A stretch of DNA of 64,000 nt from an uncultured cyanobacterium (lineage in GTDB: Bacteria; Cyanobacteriota; Cyanobacteriia; Leptolyngbyales; Leptolyngbyaceae): contig CAVYAN010000041.1 of the NCBI GenBank assembly GCA_963766075.1, positions 33,212 through 97,211 on the forward strand. The letters are read 5' to 3'. The notes beneath the pieces were generated by a model that saw only the letters and a program-made list of their open reading frames with translations, was not told the origin of the DNA and did no database searches. Position numbers and translations under genes: made by a program. This document shows, one piece after another, positions 12,401-22,250 of the stretch; within the stretch, counting starts at the first letter, position 1; the number at the start of each line of letters is the position of its first letter.

Positions 12401-13499
12401 CGCGATTGAATTGGTCAAACTTGCCTTTGATAAAATAACCCCGTTGCCGAACGATAGGTTTATGGACTTCGTTGATCACGGCTGTTTTGCCAATCCCAGA
12501 AAATCCGGCCACGAGTAACAATTCATTGACACCTGCACTCACCCGGTTAAAGGCACTCAGCAGCTCCATGACTTCCGGTTCTCGCCCATAGAGTCGTTCG
12601 GGAATCAGGAAGCGATCGCTGACATCCTGCTGCCCTAAAGCAAACCAAATCGGTTGACCTGTGGCCTGGAGTTGTTCCAGGCATATGGCTAAATCATGTT
12701 GCAGGCCCAAGGGACTCTGGTAGCGGTCTTCGGCATTTTTAGCCATCAGTTTCGCTACGATTTCGGAGAGGATAGGCGGCACCGCTGGATTCAGACTGTG
12801 CACCGCTGGCGGTTGCCGGGTCAAGTGGCAGTGGAGCAGTTCCATGGGGTCATCGGCTTGGAAGGGCAGTTGTCCGGTCAATAGTTCAAATAGCGTGACG
12901 CCCAAAGCATAAAAATCACCGCGGTAGTCAATTCCCCGATTCATTCGCCCGGTTTGTTCTGGGGCCATGTAGGCCAGCGAGCCTTCTAAGACATCGGGGT
13001 TTTGAATTTCCTGGGTTTCTCGGGGGAGCAGTGAGGACATGGAAAAGTCAATGAGCTTCACCTGTTTCGTTTCCGGATGAATCAGGATATTGGCTGGTTT
13101 AATGTCTTTGTGGATGACGCGGTTTTTGGATAGGCCATGCAGGATGGTGGTGAGTTGCAGGGCGATCGCCAATACTTCCCGCACGCTCAAGGACTGATCA
13201 GCCTGGTAATCGGCGAGGGAACGACTGCCGTCATCTGGCATTACCAAGGCAAACCCGTGTCCAGCGGGAACTAGGTCGAGGGGCTGCACCACATTGGCCA
13301 AAGGCAGGTTTTTGGCGATCGTGTAATGGTTTCGCAGCCGCAGCAAATCATGCAAAGTCGGGAAATTGTCTTTTAACAACTTCAACACCACAGGATGCGC
13401 ATCGGCCAGACGCGTGCCCCGATAGACCAAGGTTCTGGCACCGCGATACAGCAGTTGACTGGGACGATAACCTTCGATAGCGGGAAAATCGGTGTCCAT
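6432..13499 (-). CDS. Multidomain Ser/Thr kinase / AAA ATPase / GAF / 4xPAS / histidine kinase (HstK-like)
   Basis: [19 protein letters not shown]; Walker [20 protein letters not shown] (LYLEN); four PAS/PAC modules ending in (D/E)I(S/T)[37 protein letters not shown]. Confidence 0.95.
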   Translation of the reverse strand: MDTDFPAIEGYRPSQLLYRGARTLVYRGTRLADAHPVVLKLLKDNFPTLHDLLRLRNHYTIAKNLPLANVVQPLDLVPAGHGFALVMPDDGSRSLADYQADQSLSVREVLAIALQLTTILHGLSKNRVIHKDIKPANILIHPETKQVKLIDFSMSSLLPRETQEIQNPDVLEGSLAYMAPEQTGRMNRGIDYRGDFYALGVTLFELLTGQLPFQADDPMELLHCHLTRQPPAVHSLNPAVPPILSEIVAKLMAKNAEDRYQSPLGLQHDLAICLEQLQATGQPIWFALGQQDVSDRFLIPERLYGREPEVMELLSAFNRVSAGVNELLLVAGFSGIGKTAVINEVHKPIVRQRGYFIKGKFDQFNRDLPFSAFVQAFRDLMGQLLSESDAQLAAWKAKILAALGETGQVIVAVIPELELIIERQPTVPELSGNASQNRFNLLFQKFIQVFTTPEHPLVMFLDDLQWADSASLNLLNVLMSQASSGYLLILGAYRDNEVFPAHPLMLTLEQIQKAKATVQTITLAPLAEPTVNHLVADTLSCTHPLAQPLTELVYQKTQGNPFFTTQLLKALHGDGWIQFQPDLGYWQCDLTSVRQLTLTDDVVEFMALQLQKLPIETQEVLKLAACMGNQFDLKTLAIVSEQSEIATATALWRALQEGLIIPLNQIYKFFQEGPRDGRRGTGDGRRETGDGSDNLSEFWRVNSGSCAYRFLHDRVQQAADSLIPEDKKYTTHYQIGQLLLQQISPAAREEKIFLLVNQLNYGTALIPQQSERDELAQLNLLACRKARTATAYQAACEYASAGLLLLGENTWQRQYAISLVFHELAAEVSMLNGNFEAMERFIDIVIEQAHSLLEQINVYRFRIQAKTSQRKLTEVITLGKQILQKLDVTIPELPTLEDIQQSIQDISELIGDRKIEDYISLPVMTEASKIAIVQIASSILSAAFTSGSLLYPLLASLLVKLSLKHGNISISAGNYACYSLILCNISQNIDLAEQFGRLAWNLASKFDDKAVKPEVFFLVSCFILHRKSHIKETLPLLREGYTLGLEVGNPEFAGYNGQNFCRNSFWCGQPLGNLEQDTRTYYNALVQLNQLGTANYCLIHWQVTLNLLDLEQDPTILTGLAFQETEFLPLLQSTNDLYGLYVFYSYKLTLCFLFGEIESANSYALECRNYFMGGMGTIGEPAFYLYDSLIALAQLNQQSDRALEVLERVAENQTRLQHWGHHAPMNYQHKFDLVEAEKLRVLGKNYEAGDWYDRAISGAKENGYVQEEALANELAAKFYLGWGKEKIAAGYMQEAHYGYARWDAKAKTNDLEQRYPHLLISILQNRPYIAASGNSTMLLNQSLDITSVFRAAQAISEEIVLENLLTKLMQVILATAGATKGILLLPNNNQMSLVAMIAHDSDQAVLLPFLPMELSQELPLTIVNAVRHHREPLILDDPQATGPFVVDPYWQHHPIRAALCMPLLKQGRLIGILYLENQLTAGAFTRDRIEILTLLCTQAAISLENAQLYQQSQQSLEALRSSEVRFQTISDNLPGVIVQICINPDDGSSFTSYISSGCHDLYEVTAEAIILGQYCLRDFEHPDDRSRIAQAIRQSAENLVPFRQEFRIMTLSGKVKWVQVASQPKRQANGWVIWDGVLMEISDRKQAEFALRDSEERFRATFEQAAVGILEMDTHGNIVRMNQKFCDIVGYSEAALSFKHISGITHPDDLANNKAHVIRLLAGETSSFAMEKRYIHANGSIVWVNLFASLVRDVSGEPEYFIGVVQDITDRKRSEAERDQAEQALRFSESQYHMLAQIAPVGIFRTNLQGDCIYANERWCQIAGFTMKAALGQGWSSAIHPDDRERVFAEWYQAAQSNRRFQTECRFQHAVTGQIAWVLAQAIAEHDPEGTIIGYVGTVTDITDRKAAEAALTESENKFRRLVEGANDMIWAAQADSTLTYLSPQFQTMFGLSPSEWIGQSFAKLIHPDDLDRAIAPARVSLERGEKQQNVEFRHLCRDGSYLWVTVNMTPIKDAEGNAIGLQGIVRDISDRKAAEVQLQQQAHQLEVANQQLANYSQTLEHRVEERTVELKTAQERIIAQEKLASLGTLTAGIAHELRNPLNFVKNYAEGSIELTQDLLDALQPITPAQDPETAALIAILISDLQENAATICHHSQRASHIIASMMQHARTDDGRTNPQPILLHDLLNQAAQLSYRSKRAQDDTFHLTIYTHYDAAVTVVNVIPSALTRAFINLIDNACDAMRMKQHQLATATAQTTADYTPTLVISTQQAGEQVEIRIHDNGCGIPPLIQAKIFDPFFTTKPPGAGTGLGLSITHDIIVQQHQGTLAIHSNFSEFTEVIVVLTTTKIHNPIAI
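11428..11476. repeat. Heptamer tandem repeat (CCGTCTC)x7, STRR-type, inside the kinase CDS
   Basis: ccgtctc ctgtctc ccgtctc ccgtctc ccgtccc ccgtctc ccatctc; encodes [17 protein letters not shown] on the minus strand. Confidence 0.9.
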
Positions 13500-13864
13500 A
13501 ATTCCTGACTCTGTGCTGTCCTTCTATACTGCCATTCCATGGGGCCTGAGCTGTTCTGATTCAGCTTTTCGGCTTAGGCCCAGAGCGGCCCAATTGGGAC
13601 CAAAATACTGGAGTCTCGGTTGAGACTGTACCCCATCGCTGATTTTTCAGCTTCCAAATGCGTTGCCCAGCTTCTCAACTCGGTCCGGTGGAACGCGCCG
13701 CACGGGGTTCCGGGTGTTGCCTGAATCCTTCGCTCGGATTACCAGCCAATGCGGCATAATGAGAAAGTTTTCTAGTGGCTCAGGCCGCATTCCCATGGGG
13801 GGCAACTCCCCTGTGATCGCCAGACACATTCTTTTCTTCGTTCCTTTCAGCCAGTCCAGAACCT

Positions 13865-15653
13865 ATGCGCACCCACTACTGCGGCGATGTCCGAGCCGAA
13901 CATATTGGTAAATCCGTCACCCTATTTGGCTGGGTCGATCGCCGCCGGGATCATGGGGGAGTCGTGTTTGTGGACCTGCGCGATCGCACGGGCATCGTCC
14001 AAATTGTCAGCGATCCCGAACGCACCCCCACCTCCTATGCCCAGGCGGAAAGCTTGCGCAATGAGTATGTGGTTAAAATCTCTGGACGGGTTACCCAGCG
14101 GCCCGACGACTCGTTGAACCCTCGGTTGGGGACGGGCGAAATCGAGATCTACGCCGATCGCGATCGAAATTCTCAGTGCGGTGCGCAAGCAACTGCCCTT
14201 TCAGGTGTCCACTGCTGACACGGAAACCGTGCGAGAAGAACTGCGCCTCAAGTATCGCTACCTGGATCTGCGGCGGGAACGCATGGCCAAAAATTTGCAA
14301 TTGCGCCACGCCCTCATGAAGACCATTCGCCGCTATCTGGAAGACCAGGAAGGCTTTATGGAAGTGGAAACCCCCATTCTGACTAAGTCTACCCCAGAGG
14401 GAGCGCGGGATTACTTGGTGCCGTCCCGCGTTAACCCTGGCGAATGGTACGCCCTGCCCCAGTCGCCGCAGTTGTTTAAGCAATTGCTAATGGTGGCGGG
14501 GTGCGATCGCTACTATCAAATTGCCCGTTGTTTCCGGGATGAAGACCTGCGGGCCGAACGTCAGCCGGAATTTACCCAACTGGACATGGAAATGAGCTTC
14601 ATGACCCAGGACGAAATTCTGGATTTGAACGAGGGCCTGATCTGCCATATTCTGAAAACTTTTAAAGGCGTGGATTTGCCCCGGCCTTTCCCGCGCCTCA
14701 CCTACGCCGAGGCCATGGATAGGTACGGCTGTGACAAACCCGATACCCGCTTTGGTTTGGAGTTGGTTGATGTGTCCGATGTGCTGAAGGACTCCGGGTT
14801 TAAGGTGTTTGCGGACACCGTGGCCAAGGGTGGAATTATTAAAATTTTGCCGATTCCCGGTGGTAATGAGGCCATTTCCAATGTGCGGATTAAACCAGGT
14901 GGCGATTTATTTAAGGAAGCTGCCGAGGCCGGAGCCAAAGGACTGGCTTACATTCGGGTGCGGGAAAATGGCGAAATTGACACCATTGGGGCCATCAAAG
15001 ACAATCTCACCGCCGAGCAAAAACAGGAACTCCTGACCCGCACGGGTGCCGAAGCGGGCCACCTGCTTTTGTTTGCTGCTGCGGACGCCAATACCGTCAA
15101 CAAAACCCTCGATCGCCTGCGCCAATGCCTGGGCAAAGAGCTGGGTCTGATCGATCCGGAGCAACTCAACCTGCTCTGGGTGACAGATTTTCCAATGTTT
15201 GAGTGGAATACCGACGAAAAACGCTGGGAAGCCCTTCACCACCCGTTTACGGCCCCCAATCCTGAAGATATAGCGGATCTGACTACGGCTCGGGCCTTGG
15301 CCTACGATATCGTCTATAACGGCTACGAAGCGGGCGGCGGCAGTGTGCGGATTTTCCAGCCTGATCTGCAAGCCCAAGTGTTTGCCACGATTGGCCTTTC
15401 GGATGAAGAAGCGCAAGAAAAATTTGGCTTCTTCCTGGAAGCCTTTGAATACGGAGCCCCGCCCCATGGTGGGATTGCCTATGGGATTGATCGTTGGGTG
15501 ATGCTGCTGACGGGCGAAGAGTCCATCCGGGATGCAATCGCCTTCCCCAAAACCCAACAAGCCCGCTGTCCGCTAACCAATGCCCCTGCCGGTGTGGATG
15601 TGAAACAGTTAAAGGAATTGCATGTAGCCTCCACGGCCAAACCCAAGCCCTAG
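13865..15653 (+). CDS. aspS: Aspartate-tRNA ligase; apparent +1 frameshift near 14159, probably a sequencing error
   Basis: MRTHYCG...[74 protein letters not shown]. Removing one base restores [13 protein letters not shown]. Confidence 0.95.
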
Positions 15654-15805
15654 CGCCCGTTGGCAGTCAGCAATCAATCGGCAAAAAGAAGACAGTGAAG
15701 AGCGGGGGTAAGGTCTGCGCGATCGCAGTCAGCTATAGGTCAGTCAGCGGTATGGCGGCTCAGTTACAATGGCGGCATACTAGCGAAATCGCATTGCCAC
15801 ATCCT

Positions 15806-16366
15806 ATGGTTCAAGCCCAGCCGCGATTTTTGAGCTTTGAAGAGTATTTGGCCTACGATGACGGGTCAGATGTCTTGTATGAGCTGTTCAATGGAGAACT
15901 GATCCCCATGCCGCCTGAGTCCGGTGAAAATGCCGAAATTGCTAGCCTGCTCTTTTTGGCGTTTGTGGCAGTAGTTGGGTCGAAGCGGGTCCGGGGGCAT
16001 GGGCTAGAACTAGAAGTGCGGGGAGAGCCCAAGAATCGCTACCCGGATTTGACGATTTTACGCGAGGAGCATGTGGCCTTATTGAAGCCACGGAATACCA
16101 TTCGGCTGATGATGCCGCCGCCGTTGCTGGTGGTGGAGGTGGTCAGTCCCGGCAAAATTCAGCGGGAGCGGGATTATACGCGATCGCAGTATCAGGATCT
16201 AGGCATTGGGGAGTATTGGTTGGTAGACCCACAGACTCAGGAGATTACGGTTTTAGCAATAGCCGCAACGGGATATCGCGACGTGGGCGTGTTTGCCGGG
16301 GATTGCTTGATCCTCTCCCCCAGCTTTCCCCGACTGGAGCTCATAGCCGGTCAGGTTTTTGCCTAG
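15806..16366 (+). CDS. Uma2 family (PD-(D/E)xK) endonuclease
   Basis: SFEEYLAY, YELFNGELIPMPP, RYPDL, LLVVEVVSP, GIGEYWLVDP. Confidence 0.92.
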   Translation: MVQAQPRFLSFEEYLAYDDGSDVLYELFNGELIPMPPESGENAEIASLLFLAFVAVVGSKRVRGHGLELEVRGEPKNRYPDLTILREEHVALLKPRNTIRLMMPPPLLVVEVVSPGKIQRERDYTRSQYQDLGIGEYWLVDPQTQEITVLAIAATGYRDVGVFAGDCLILSPSFPRLELIAGQVFA

Positions 16367-16626
16367 GTAGCCCGACGGGGCATGCCTTTAATTTTCCCTA
16401 TAACTCCGAAAATCAGAGCCAACTGCCAAAACTTGTATTACAATATTACTTCTGTAGTACTTGAACTCTGGAAGATGGCGACGGCGATTTCTTCTATAGA
16501 GAGCTTTTATCCCCGTGATGTGGCCCAGGCAGTGCCACAGGCTAGAACGATGGTCTGATAGGGTCCGATATTAAGGGTCCAATATTACAGCGTGTTTCGG
16601 AATGGTCACGAACTCAGGGAGTCTTT

Positions 16627-18441
16627 ATGGCGAAGTTTACTGACATTCTCCGCTACTACCGACACTATCTGCCCATTACGGTATTTAGTGTGGCAGCGAT
16701 GAGTGCGTTTGAAATTATTGATTTATTTGGTCCCTATGCGATCGGACAGATTTTGAATGTATTGTCGGGGCAGGCGATCGATGCCCCTTTGCAAGCCCTA
16801 ACCCAAACGTTGGCAAACCTAACGGGGCAGACTGTCAGTGCCAATTTTTCGCTGATTGTGCTGCTCGTGCTCGTGTGTCTTGTCTCTGTGGGGCGCGCGC
16901 CGATTCAGCCCTGGTTAGGTCCATGGTTTAACTGGGATGCAGCCTTTCGGGCACGGCGAGAGCATGCCCAAAAAGCGTTGGAAAAAGTGTTGACTCTGCC
17001 GCTGGAGTTTTATGACGAGAATAATCCCGGACGGATTGCGGCGCGGGTGGCTAAGGGATTGTCGAATCACACCTGGACCTATCCAGAGGTGACGGGACAG
17101 TTGTTTCCCAAATTCTTTCGAGTGGTTGGTATTTTTGTGGTGATTTGGCTGATTGATTGGCGCATTGCTATTTTATTGCTGGTGTCGTTTATCGGCATTC
17201 TGTGGATGGATCTGGCGGGTCTGAAGGCGATCGCCCAGCGGGAAGAACGCCTGGATAAATACATGGAGGACACTGAAAGTCGCAATTCTGAAATCATCAC
17301 CAACATCAAAACCGTCAAAGCATTTGCCACAGAGGCGGAAGAGTTAAAGCGCCAAACCACGCGGCTGGAGCGGGAGTTCAAGGTGCTGGACTATCGTATC
17401 CATATGGATTACGTCAAGTTGGGGACCTATGAACGGACCATTGTCCAAACCTGCACATTTTTGGTGCTGGCTTTAACCCTGTGGGCGACGGCAGCGGGCC
17501 GGATTTCCCTGGGACATTTTGTCACCACGCTGACGATTTCCAGCATGGCCTATGCCGAGGTGGAGCCGATTTGCAACATTGCTGAACACTTTGCCAAACG
17601 CTATGCCTCGATGATTCGGTTTCACCAGTTTATGCAATTGCCCGTCGGGCAGGATGCGGGCAGTTTGGTGGTGGATGCCAAGGCACCCGCCTACGAATTC
17701 ACCGGCAAGGTGCATTTTGACCATGTGCGGTTTAGCTACAATCCGGGTCGGCCTGTGTTGCAGGACATTAATCTGCTGATTGAACCTCGGCAAACGGTAG
17801 CCCTAGTGGGGCGATCGGGTTCGGGGAAATCAACCTTGGTGAAGTTGCTGTTCCGCTATTTTGAAGCGGAGTCAGGCAGTATTCTGATCGATGGTCAAGA
17901 TATTCGCCGTTTGGATGTGACGGGCTATCGCAAACGATTGGCGATCGTGCACCAGGAGGTGGATGTGTTCAACGGTACCTTGATGGATAACCTGCTCTAT
18001 GGCAATCCCCAGGCCACTTTGGAGCAGGTGAAGGAAGCCTGCCAGATTGCGCAAGCGGATGAATTTATTCAGCACTTACCCGATGGCTACGGGACGATTG
18101 TTGGTGAGCGTGGGGTACGGCTATCGGGTGGCCAACGGCAGCGTTTGGGGATTGCCAGGGCGCTGATTATGAATCCTGATGTCCTGATCTTTGATGAGGC
18201 GACATCGAGTTTGGACTATGAATCGGAACGGGCGATTCAGTTGGCCATGCGATCGCTGCTGGGTACCCGCACCCTGATCATCATTGCCCACCGTTTGAGT
18301 ACTGTGCGCGAAGCTGACCAAATTGTGGTTCTTGATCAAGGTCGCATCCTAGAGGTGGGCAATCACGAGCAACTGCTAACCCAGGGAGGGATTTATCAAC
18401 GCTTGCACTCCCTGCAAGAAACGGGTGAACTACTAGCCTAA
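16627..18441 (+). CDS. ABC exporter, fused permease/ATP-binding subunit
   Basis: N-terminal TM region; GRSGSGKS, LSGGQRQR, LIFDEATSSLD, IIAHRLST. Confidence 0.95.
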   Translation: MAKFTDILRYYRHYLPITVFSVAAMSAFEIIDLFGPYAIGQILNVLSGQAIDAPLQALTQTLANLTGQTVSANFSLIVLLVLVCLVSVGRAPIQPWLGPWFNWDAAFRARREHAQKALEKVLTLPLEFYDENNPGRIAARVAKGLSNHTWTYPEVTGQLFPKFFRVVGIFVVIWLIDWRIAILLLVSFIGILWMDLAGLKAIAQREERLDKYMEDTESRNSEIITNIKTVKAFATEAEELKRQTTRLEREFKVLDYRIHMDYVKLGTYERTIVQTCTFLVLALTLWATAAGRISLGHFVTTLTISSMAYAEVEPICNIAEHFAKRYASMIRFHQFMQLPVGQDAGSLVVDAKAPAYEFTGKVHFDHVRFSYNPGRPVLQDINLLIEPRQTVALVGRSGSGKSTLVKLLFRYFEAESGSILIDGQDIRRLDVTGYRKRLAIVHQEVDVFNGTLMDNLLYGNPQATLEQVKEACQIAQADEFIQHLPDGYGTIVGERGVRLSGGQRQRLGIARALIMNPDVLIFDEATSSLDYESERAIQLAMRSLLGTRTLIIIAHRLSTVREADQIVVLDQGRILEVGNHEQLLTQGGIYQRLHSLQETGELLA

Positions 18442-18471
18442 ACTTAAGCTAATCCCCGTGGAGTGGGTGAA

Positions 18472-18513
18472 TAAACCGAGTTCCTCGGGCCTTGGCTTGA
18501 GGAACTCGGTTTA
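18472..18513. terminator. Inverted repeat / probable terminator after the ABC transporter
   Basis: AAACCGAGTTCCTC ... GAGGAACTCGGTTT, 14-bp perfect stem. Confidence 0.65.
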
Positions 18514-18517
18514 AAAG

Positions 18518-18648
18518 GGCTTTGTTGCATAAGTCAAAAAGAGACGCGTTGCGGATGTGGTATTGAGCTTTCATAGCAGGTTTTTGTATGGTAACTGAAA
18601 TTTACCATGCCTCTCCCGCACCCAATCCTTCTTTCATACAACAACGCC
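18518..18648. mobile_element. MITE-like element with IS903 (IS5 family)-type terminal inverted repeats
   Basis: Left end GGCTTTGTTGCATAA; right end reverse complement GGCGTTGTTGTATGA; 131 bp, no transposase. Confidence 0.65.
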
Positions 18649-18752
18649 TGTTACAAGTGAAGGTAGCGAATCCAGTGCAATGGCTTTTGGAGGTGATGAC
18701 TGATGCAAACCCATCAGTTGAGTCCGGCGCAATTGCGGCAGATCGGTATTGA
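18649..18752 (+). pseudogene. C-terminal remnant of a probable PIN-domain toxin gene
   Basis: LQVKVANPVQWLLEVMTD... has no start, begins at the MITE end and overlaps the downstream small ORF as in TA pairs. Confidence 0.5.
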
Positions 18753-18906
18753 GGCTTTGGTGCAGGCGTTGGGTGCGGTGGGGATGGCGCGGTTTTTGCA
18801 GCAGTTTGAGCGGGGCAGCGGGGACTACACCCGCGATCGCCATACGGTTTTAGCTGACATTAACTTGGAAGCGGCGATCACTCAAATTAAGCAATCCCGA
18901 GAGTGA
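18703..18906 (+). CDS. Small putative antitoxin, a common partner of PIN toxins
   Basis: GGAGG RBS; RQIGIEALVQALGAVGMARFLQQFERGSGDYTRDRH. Confidence 0.7.
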   Translation: MQTHQLSPAQLRQIGIEALVQALGAVGMARFLQQFERGSGDYTRDRHTVLADINLEAAITQIKQSRE

Positions 18907-19048
18907 ACAGGTAAACGTAAAAAGACGTGCTGGGAGTTGGGATGAAGGTCAGTCAGGAGATTGACTAGGCGAGGAGAGAGATTATGGTCAAACAGAAGTT
19001 TCCTGCCGCGCTTGTCAAGGTCTTTTGTTCGTGATGACCTCTGGTCGG

Positions 19049-19249
19049 TCATTGACCATCGGCGGCATAGGCGAGGCAGGCGAGAATATCGGTGGGGGTG
19101 AGGTAGGGAAAATCGGCCAGGATTGCCTGGGGGTTCATGCCGGAGGCAAGGTAGGAGAGGACATCATAGACGGTGATGCGCATGGGGCGGGTGCAGGGTT
19201 TGCCGCTACGTTTGTCCGGTTCGAGGGTGATGATGTCTTGGTCGTTCAT
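19049..19249 (-). CDS. DUF433 family antitoxin-like protein, possibly C-terminally clipped
   Basis: IITLEPDKRSGKPC...RITVYDVLSYLASGM...ILADFPYLT..DILACLAYAAD. Confidence 0.88.
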   Translation of the reverse strand: MNDQDIITLEPDKRSGKPCTRPMRITVYDVLSYLASGMNPQAILADFPYLTPTDILACLAYAADGQ

Positions 19250-19572
19250 GGGGGGGAAGTGCGATCGCTTCTCATTTTAGTAAGGTGATTCTCCGGTGGA
19301 GAGGCTGCGCCAACACTCCCAAAACCACGAGGCTTTTCGTGTCAGGTTGCCTATCTCTCAAGATACAAGGGTTGGCACCGCCCACAATCAGTGAACCGTA
19401 TCATGTTGGTAGCTTTGGTGGGCAATGCCCGCCCTGCAGAATTTCTACTCGCTGGACATCTTGTAACAGCGGAGTAATATAGCCGCAACGCCAAATTCAA
19501 AAATTTAAACGGGGTCGAAGGCTTCCGCCATTGACCGAAATGGGAGCAGGGTGTTTCCTGTAGTTTGAGCTT

Positions 19573-19808
19573 TTGTCTAAACGCTGCTCACGTACAGAAG
19601 CGCTGCTTTCCATGTTGGAGACCCATGAAGATTGCCTTGCTTGTTTGGAACAATTGCGCTGGCGGGGTACACCCACTTGTCCATACTGCGGAGAAATTAA
19701 AGCAACTTCGTATAAAAAAGAACATCGATACAGATGCAATGGCTGCTTTACTTCGTATAGTGTGACAGTCGGAACATTATTCCATAAAACCCATGTGGAC
19801 TTACATAC
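19573..19808 (+). pseudogene. IS1595-family transposase N-terminal zinc-ribbon fragment, truncated at the IS630 left end
   Basis: EDCLACLEQLRWRGTPTCPYCG...YRCNGCFTSYSVTVGTLFHKTHVDL; DDE domain absent. Confidence 0.8.
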
Positions 19809-20920
19809 TACCCAGAGCGCCAAATAGTTAACATGGTAATGTAGCTATTCCAGGAAGAAGCCATGCAACTGAAAGATGCTCGACACCTATCTCCAGATGC
19901 GCAAGAAGCCCTGCGTTATCGGGTGGTCAGTGCAATTGAGAATGGCATGAGCAAGTCAGAAGCGGCTAGGGTCTTCAGTGTTTCAAGAACGGCTGTGCAT
20001 CATTGGACGAAAGCCGTCAACGAACAAGGCCGTCGGGCATTGAAGGCGAAAAAGCGAGGGCGATGCAGCTCATCTCGGTTAGCCCCTCACCAAGCGGCAA
20101 CAACGGTTCGCCTCATTACCCAGAAGTGTCCAGAACAATTAGACTTGCCGTTTGCGTTGTGGACGCGCGAGGGAGTGCGCCAATTGATCGAGCAGCGCTA
20201 TGGCATCTCGGTTTCGGTCTGGACGATTGGCCGGTATTTGAAACGATGGGGGCTGCCCCCTCAGAAACCGTTGCGACGAGCTTATGAGCAAGACCCCAAA
20301 GCGGTTAAACAGTGGTTAGAGGTGGATTACCCCGCGATTGTCAAGCTCGCAAAACAGGCGGGTGCCGAGATACACTGGGGTGATGAAATGGGACTGCGCT
20401 CAGACGACCAAACCGGACGCTCCTATGGCAAGCGAGGGCAGACTCCGGTGATTCCTGGCACCGGACAACGATTTCGTTGCAATGTGATCTCAACGCTGAA
20501 CAATCACGGCGCCCTGTACTTCAAGTTGTTCACACAAAACTTCAATGGCGACGTGATGCTGGACTTTTTGCGTCGCTTGATTGGGCAGATTCCCCAAAAG
20601 GTATTTTTGATTGTGGACAAGCACCCGGTGCATCTTTCGGCGAAAGTCCATCGTTGGTTGGAGAAACATGCTGAGCGGATTCGGATGTTTTTGTTACCCT
20701 CCTATAGTCCAGAACTCAATCCTGACGAGTTGCTCAACCACGATGTCAAAGCGAATGCTGTGGGGCGAAAACGAGCGAAAACCAAGCGTGAGATGATGGA
20801 GAATATTCGTCATCATTTACGTCGTCGGCAACGACAACCAGAAATTGTAAGACGCTTCTTTCATGAAGAACATGTGACTTATGCGGCCTAAAAAGTGTTC
20901 ACTATATCCTGCTCAGGTTA
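19809..20920 (+). mobile_element. IS630-family insertion sequence
   Basis: Imperfect TIRs TACCCAGAGCGCCAAATAGTTAACA and (reverse complement) TAACCTGAGCAGGATATAGTGAACA, TA at both boundaries, enclosing a transposase. Confidence 0.85.
19863..20891 (+). CDS. IS630 transposase, intact 342 aa
   Basis: HTH plus winged-HTH N-terminus; DDE motifs WGDEMG, IVDKHPVH, LPSYSPELNPDE. Confidence 0.95.
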   Translation: MQLKDARHLSPDAQEALRYRVVSAIENGMSKSEAARVFSVSRTAVHHWTKAVNEQGRRALKAKKRGRCSSSRLAPHQAATTVRLITQKCPEQLDLPFALWTREGVRQLIEQRYGISVSVWTIGRYLKRWGLPPQKPLRRAYEQDPKAVKQWLEVDYPAIVKLAKQAGAEIHWGDEMGLRSDDQTGRSYGKRGQTPVIPGTGQRFRCNVISTLNNHGALYFKLFTQNFNGDVMLDFLRRLIGQIPQKVFLIVDKHPVHLSAKVHRWLEKHAERIRMFLLPSYSPELNPDELLNHDVKANAVGRKRAKTKREMMENIRHHLRRRQRQPEIVRRFFHEEHVTYAA

Positions 20921-21084
20921 TGCGTGAAGAGAACACATCGGAATCGTTGCCCGTTATCACAGTTAGCAATGCTGATCGGCTTCTGAACGATTCTGAATAT
21001 CGAGGGCGATGTGTTGAAAGTTTGACTAAAATCGTACTTGATATTGATACTTATCGGGGTGCAAGACGGATCTTCATTCCATAG
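20921..21084 (+). pseudogene. C-terminal remnant of a DUF5615/PIN-like toxin gene
   Basis: REENTSESLPVITVSNADRL...YRGRCVESLTKIVLDIDTYRGARRIFIP resembles the C-terminus of cyanobacterial DUF433-partner proteins; 5' part missing. Confidence 0.6.
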
Positions 21085-21126
21085 TATCAAACATTGTCAA
21101 TCTCGTTCACATTGTTGAAAAACACG

Positions 21127-21213
21127 GCATAACAATCCCGTTGCACGCCGACCGTATTAAGTTGGCCGTTAAGACCGCAAGGCTTCTGCGGCGGGTGAAC
21201 GGGGCCGTTATGT
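21127..21213 (+). other. Integron attC recombination site (isolated)
   Basis: R'' GCATAAC 21127-21133, L'' CCCGTTGCAC with an extra G, L' GTGAACGGG, R' GTTATGT 21207-21213; 87 bp, about 40 bp after a stop codon. Confidence 0.85.
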
Positions 21214-21278
21214 GGCTAAGAGGGTGTTTTAAAAGTGAGTGAGAGCGTAGAAAAGCTTATCAGTATTAAGCATTAAGC

Positions 21279-21467
21279 CTGATTGACTGACAAATCTCTT
21301 GAGCACCTTGCCCAGAAAGGGCTTCAGTCTTTCCGGCGGCTATGCCTTGAAAGCTACTGCTGGAAGAGATTTTAGGAATCTACCAAGAAACCCGAAATCG
21401 ACCAAACCTGACCAAAACCTGAAACCTTTACACAATGGGTTTTCCAGGACTTTTGTCAGTCAACCAG
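21279..21467. mobile_element. MITE-like element with 16-bp terminal inverted repeats
   Basis: CTGATTGACTGACAAA ... TTTGTCAGTCAACCAG (1 mismatch); no transposase. Confidence 0.7.
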
Positions 21468-21512
21468 GGTTGTGGCAGCAAGTTAAGAATTGTCGGTTTT
21501 CGTAAATACGTA

Positions 21513-21542
21513 TTGACACTGTACATACGCCTTGTCTAGAAT
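21513..21542 (+). promoter_or_regulatory. Sigma70-type promoter of the brnT/antitoxin operon
   Basis: TTGACA-18 nt-TAGAAT immediately before the toxin start. Confidence 0.55.
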
Positions 21543-21543
21543 A

Positions 21544-21847
21544 ATGGGTATAGACGCTTACTTTGTGCTGAGTTGGCATTACCTTTATCTGGAATGCAGA
21601 AAAGGCGCGGATTAATCTCAATAAGCACGATGGGGTTAGCTTTCAGCAAGCGGCTGAGGCATTTTTTGATCCATTCCTCATTCTGATTAATGCCAGTCGC
21701 AACGATGAAGCAAGAGATGCCGTGATTGGCCTGGATACTCGCTATAACTTGCTCTATGTCGTGCATATTGAGCAAGAGGGGGATTGTATTCGGATTATTT
21801 CTGCGCGTAAAGCAACCCGACAAGAGAGGATGAACTATGAAAGTTGA
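21544..21847 (+). pseudogene. BrnT family toxin with a +1 frameshift near 21574 (absent from the ORF track)
   Basis: MGIDAYFVLS / GITFIWNAEKARINLNKHDGVSFQQAAEAFFDPF...LLYVVHIEQEGDCIRIISARKATRQER; WxxxKxxxNxxKH and RIISAR are BrnT hallmarks. Confidence 0.85.
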
Positions 21848-22130
21848 AGCCTTGAAGAAAAGACTGGATAAGAATCGGCCGATGTCCAGTGTGACGATTC
21901 GGATGCCGGAAGATGTTGTGGAAGACTTGAAGCGAGTTGCACCACTGTTAGGTTTCTCTGGGTACCAGCCATTGATTCGCGCTTACATTGGGCAGGGATT
22001 ACGCGCCGACTTAGAGCGATTTGAAGGTGAGACGGTGAGTGCATTGATTGCTAGCTTGAAGCGGCGGGGTGTGAGCGATGCCGTGATTGATGAAGCGCTG
22101 AGCGAGGTTGTGCAAGCGGCAGCCAGCTAA
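21837..22130 (+). CDS. Ribbon-helix-helix antitoxin (BrnA/CopG-like)
   Basis: Overlaps the brnT stop; SVTIRMPEDVVEDLKRVA..LGFSGYQPLIRAYI. Confidence 0.85.
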   Translation: MKVEALKKRLDKNRPMSSVTIRMPEDVVEDLKRVAPLLGFSGYQPLIRAYIGQGLRADLERFEGETVSALIASLKRRGVSDAVIDEALSEVVQAAAS

Positions 22131-22250
22131 TCCGTGAATAGAACATTATCAAGCAGAAGCTATCCAACAGGAGACTGCGGCCAGTTATCAGGCCAGAGTC
22201 TGAAACAGGGCCAGGTTTGTTAGTAATGCATCTGAAATGCATCTGAGTTT

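Noticed and set aside
13865..15653. aspS (and sppA, gpsA, coaT) as true pseudogenes or programmed frameshifts
   Set aside because: Single indels at HIP1-like sites with otherwise intact sequence and no slippery heptamer; sequencing error is more parsimonious
15494..15805. Long N-terminal extension of the Uma2 ORF
   Set aside because: Overlaps the aspS 3' end; the Uma2-like sequence begins at ATG 15806
16435..16449. NtcA site upstream of the ABC transporter (GTA...TAC)
   Set aside because: Spacing is N9, not the required N8
22160..22225. attC after the brnT/antitoxin pair (ATCCAAC ... GTTAGT)
   Set aside because: No complementary L''/L' boxes and R boxes do not match; cannot be supported
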